From NCBI GenBank assembly GCA_028280605.1, contig JANQLL010000185.1, positions 1,567 to 65,566 on the forward strand: DNA of 64,000 nt, in the 5' to 3' direction. The translations under genes were made by a program, and so were the position numbers. Shown one piece after another: positions 61,878-64,000 of this stretch (position 1 is its first letter; each line of letters opens with the position of its first letter). Source of the stretch: Candidatus Gastranaerophilales bacterium (lineage in GTDB: Bacteria; Cyanobacteriota; Vampirovibrionia; Gastranaerophilales; JANQFW01). The notes beneath the pieces are model-generated. The model ran no database searches and had not been told where the DNA came from. It saw only the letters and a program-made list of their open reading frames with translations.

Positions 61878-63566
61878 ATGATGAATCTCCTCAGAACTAA
61901 AAAATTTAGCATACTAATACTGACAATAGTTTGTATTTTCTTTTTCTTTTTTCAACTGGGAAGCTATAAGCTCATTGACGTTGATGAACCTCGCTACGCA
62001 GAAGCTGCAAGAGAAATGGTGGAGTCTTCCGACTTTATTACACCTTATTTTAATTATCAATTAAGGTTTGATAAGCCTGTGCTTTTCTACTGGCTTATTG
62101 CAGGTTCTTATAACGTATTTGGAATTAACGAATTTGCAGCCAGATTTCCTTCTGCATTGCTGGCAAGCGCTTTAGTATTCTTTACTTTTATATGGGGACG
62201 TATAGTAGTATCAAATACCTTTGGCCTGATTAGCGCTATTATACTGGCAACGTTTTTAGAGATAATAGCACTAGGGCGAATGTCCATAACCGATATGACT
62301 TTGGCATTCTTTATTTGTGCCACTATATTTTCAGGTTATTTGGGCTCGTTTGTAGATGATAAATATAAAAAATATTGTTGGTGGCTGGCTTACACTTTTA
62401 GTGGGCTGGCTGTTCTCACAAAAGGACCGGTGGGCTTTGGGCTTCCGGCAATTGTATTTAGTATTTATTTCCTTTTAACCGGTCAATTAAAGAAAAACTT
62501 AAATATAAAATATGTTTTGCCTGGATTATTAATCTTTTCTGCTATTGTAGTGCCCTGGTTTTACCAAATTATAAAAATTCACGGAAAAGATTTTGTTGAT
62601 TATTTCTTTCTGGATCATAATCTTAACAGGTTTGCCACTAAGAAATTAGGGCATTTGCAACCGTTTTATTTCTATTTTATTGTAGTTTTTGCCGGTGCAT
62701 TTCCTTGGATTACATATTTTATAGCTTCTTTAATAAAATATCCAAGACAATTAATTAAAAATATTAATATAAACGAAATTAAAAAATTTAAAATTTCAGT
62801 GTTTCAAAATGCTAATAATAAAACTAAAACATTATTATATTGTTTTACTTGGTTTTTAACAATATTTATTTTCTTTAGCTCTGCGAATTCTAAGTTATTA
62901 ACATATATTTTATCATTATTTCCTGCTATTGCATTAATAACAGGTTACCTTTGGTATGAGTATATTTGTGACAATAAAAACAACAGAAGCATAAAGTATT
63001 CCGCAATAGCTTTTGGTCTAATATGTTTAATTATGGGTATCGGGCAATTGTTCTTTTTTAATAATATTCTTCCTATCGAAGTAAGAACAAATACCCAGTT
63101 TGTTAATATTCCATCTATAGCTTTATTCTTGCTCGTTGCCACTATGGCAATAATTTTTGCGATAAAAAATCAAAAAGTATTTATATTCAGCAGCAAGCTG
63201 ATTTTAATGACAGGGCTTGCTTTCATTTTATTGTTTAATGTTATGCCTCTTGTTTATAATGCAGGTCAAAAAGATCTTATAAACTACGTTAACTTTGTAA
63301 AAGAAATGCCAGGTGCAAAATTATATACATACAGCTTGGTAAAGCCAAGTGTTGTATTCTATTCTCAAAAAGAAATACCTTATATAAAAGACAATAACTA
63401 TGAACTGTTTGATAAAGTTTATAACGATACGACTCCAAGCTTTATAGTCGTAAGGAATAGACATTTAGATATGCTAAAGAAAAGATATGATTATTTTTTA
63501 ATGAATCATGGCGTAAGATATAGCTTAATTTCAAATATAAATGCGAAGTTTTTTAAAGGTGAATAA
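61878..63566 (+). CDS. ArnT/PMT-family GT-C glycosyltransferase
   Basis: 562 aa, multi-TM. N-terminal loop motif DEPRYAEAAREM, as in ArnT-type enzymes. Confidence 0.8.
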   Translation: MMNLLRTKKFSILILTIVCIFFFFFQLGSYKLIDVDEPRYAEAAREMVESSDFITPYFNYQLRFDKPVLFYWLIAGSYNVFGINEFAARFPSALLASALVFFTFIWGRIVVSNTFGLISAIILATFLEIIALGRMSITDMTLAFFICATIFSGYLGSFVDDKYKKYCWWLAYTFSGLAVLTKGPVGFGLPAIVFSIYFLLTGQLKKNLNIKYVLPGLLIFSAIVVPWFYQIIKIHGKDFVDYFFLDHNLNRFATKKLGHLQPFYFYFIVVFAGAFPWITYFIASLIKYPRQLIKNININEIKKFKISVFQNANNKTKTLLYCFTWFLTIFIFFSSANSKLLTYILSLFPAIALITGYLWYEYICDNKNNRSIKYSAIAFGLICLIMGIGQLFFFNNILPIEVRTNTQFVNIPSIALFLLVATMAIIFAIKNQKVFIFSSKLILMTGLAFILLFNVMPLVYNAGQKDLINYVNFVKEMPGAKLYTYSLVKPSVVFYSQKEIPYIKDNNYELFDKVYNDTTPSFIVVRNRHLDMLKKRYDYFLMNHGVRYSLISNINAKFFKGE

Positions 63567-63567
63567 T

Positions 63568-64000
63568 ATGGCAGCAATTTTAACTAGAACTAAATTGGAT
63601 ATATCGGTTATTATACCGGTATATAATGAAGTCCAAAATATAAAACCTCTTTATTATTCAATAAAAGAAGTAATAGAAGGTTTAAATAAGGTTTTTGAAA
63701 TAGTTTTTATAGATGATGGATCAAGTGATGGCACTAATGAAGTATTAAAATCACTAGCTGACGATGAGCCTAATGTAAAAGTTATCAGGTTTAGAAGAAA
63801 TTATGGTCAGACTGCGGCAATTGCAGCTGGTTTTGATCATGCGTCCGGTGAGATTGTAGTTACACTCGATGGTGATATGCAGAATGATCCGACAGATATT
63901 CCAATGTTAATTGAAAAGCTTAATGAAGGTTATGACGTTGTCAGCGGATGGAGAAAAAATAGGAAAGATAATGTTTTAATAAGAAATATTCCTTCAATGA
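63568..64000 (+). CDS. GT2 polyprenyl-phosphate glycosyltransferase (ArnC/DPM1-like), 3' end cut by window edge
   Basis: My translation: MAAILTRTKLDISVIIPVYNE...FIDDGSSDGT...RRNYGQTAAI...TLDGDMQND. ATG lies 1 nt after the upstream stop. Confidence 0.85.
   Translation, partial: MAAILTRTKLDISVIIPVYNEVQNIKPLYYSIKEVIEGLNKVFEIVFIDDGSSDGTNEVLKSLADDEPNVKVIRFRRNYGQTAAIAAGFDHASGEIVVTLDGDMQNDPTDIPMLIEKLNEGYDVVSGWRKNRKDNVLIRNIPSM

Overview
AT-rich (by eye about 30% GC), densely coding chromosomal window from a diderm bacterium. Diderm evidence: secretin, TonB-dependent receptor, Skp/OmpH-like chaperone, ArnT-like GT-C enzyme. Metabolism looks fermentative and anaerobic (AdhE plus Rex). The lineage cannot be fixed from this window; the gene content would fit a Melainabacteria-like or other low-GC gut lineage. 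I see no rRNA, tRNA, CRISPR array, transposase, integrase or recognisable defence genes. Most of the window is housekeeping: bioG-bioC, an amino acid permease, adhE/rex with Rex operators, ligA, a PLP decarboxylase, a six-gene Tad/Cpa pilus locus (cpaB-cpaC-cpaE-cpaF-tadB-tadC), bioA, ispE-rsmA, plant-type gshA, a DUF1007/NicO-like metal transporter pair, murF-mraY-murD-ftsW-murG, DUF4127-MFS with convergent nagA, yraN, PPC-thiL-ispD, bioY-rimI, a cobalamin riboswitch followed by btuB-btuC-btuD-btuF, a DAACS symporter, a phosphohexomutase, pheA, rqcH, an exported class II amidotransferase, and ArnT-like plus GT2 genes. The unexplained signals are non-coding or orphan. (1) A ~107-nt imperfect-palindrome repeat occurs in three intergenic copies, two of them about 97% identical and inverted relative to each other. 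(2) One copy sits in a ~240-nt insert between the gshA stop and a diverged, still in-frame duplicate of the gshA 3' end. (3) A GGA-rich, C-poor, terminator-capped intergenic region follows another copy. (4) A G-free CU-rich candidate sRNA lies 2.7 kb upstream of that region. (5) Two small membrane-protein paralogues share nucleotide-level conservation at both ends, and this conservation persists across a frameshift and past the stop codons. (6) There are several lineage-specific orphan proteins. All functional readings of these signals are hypotheses, made by eye without searches.
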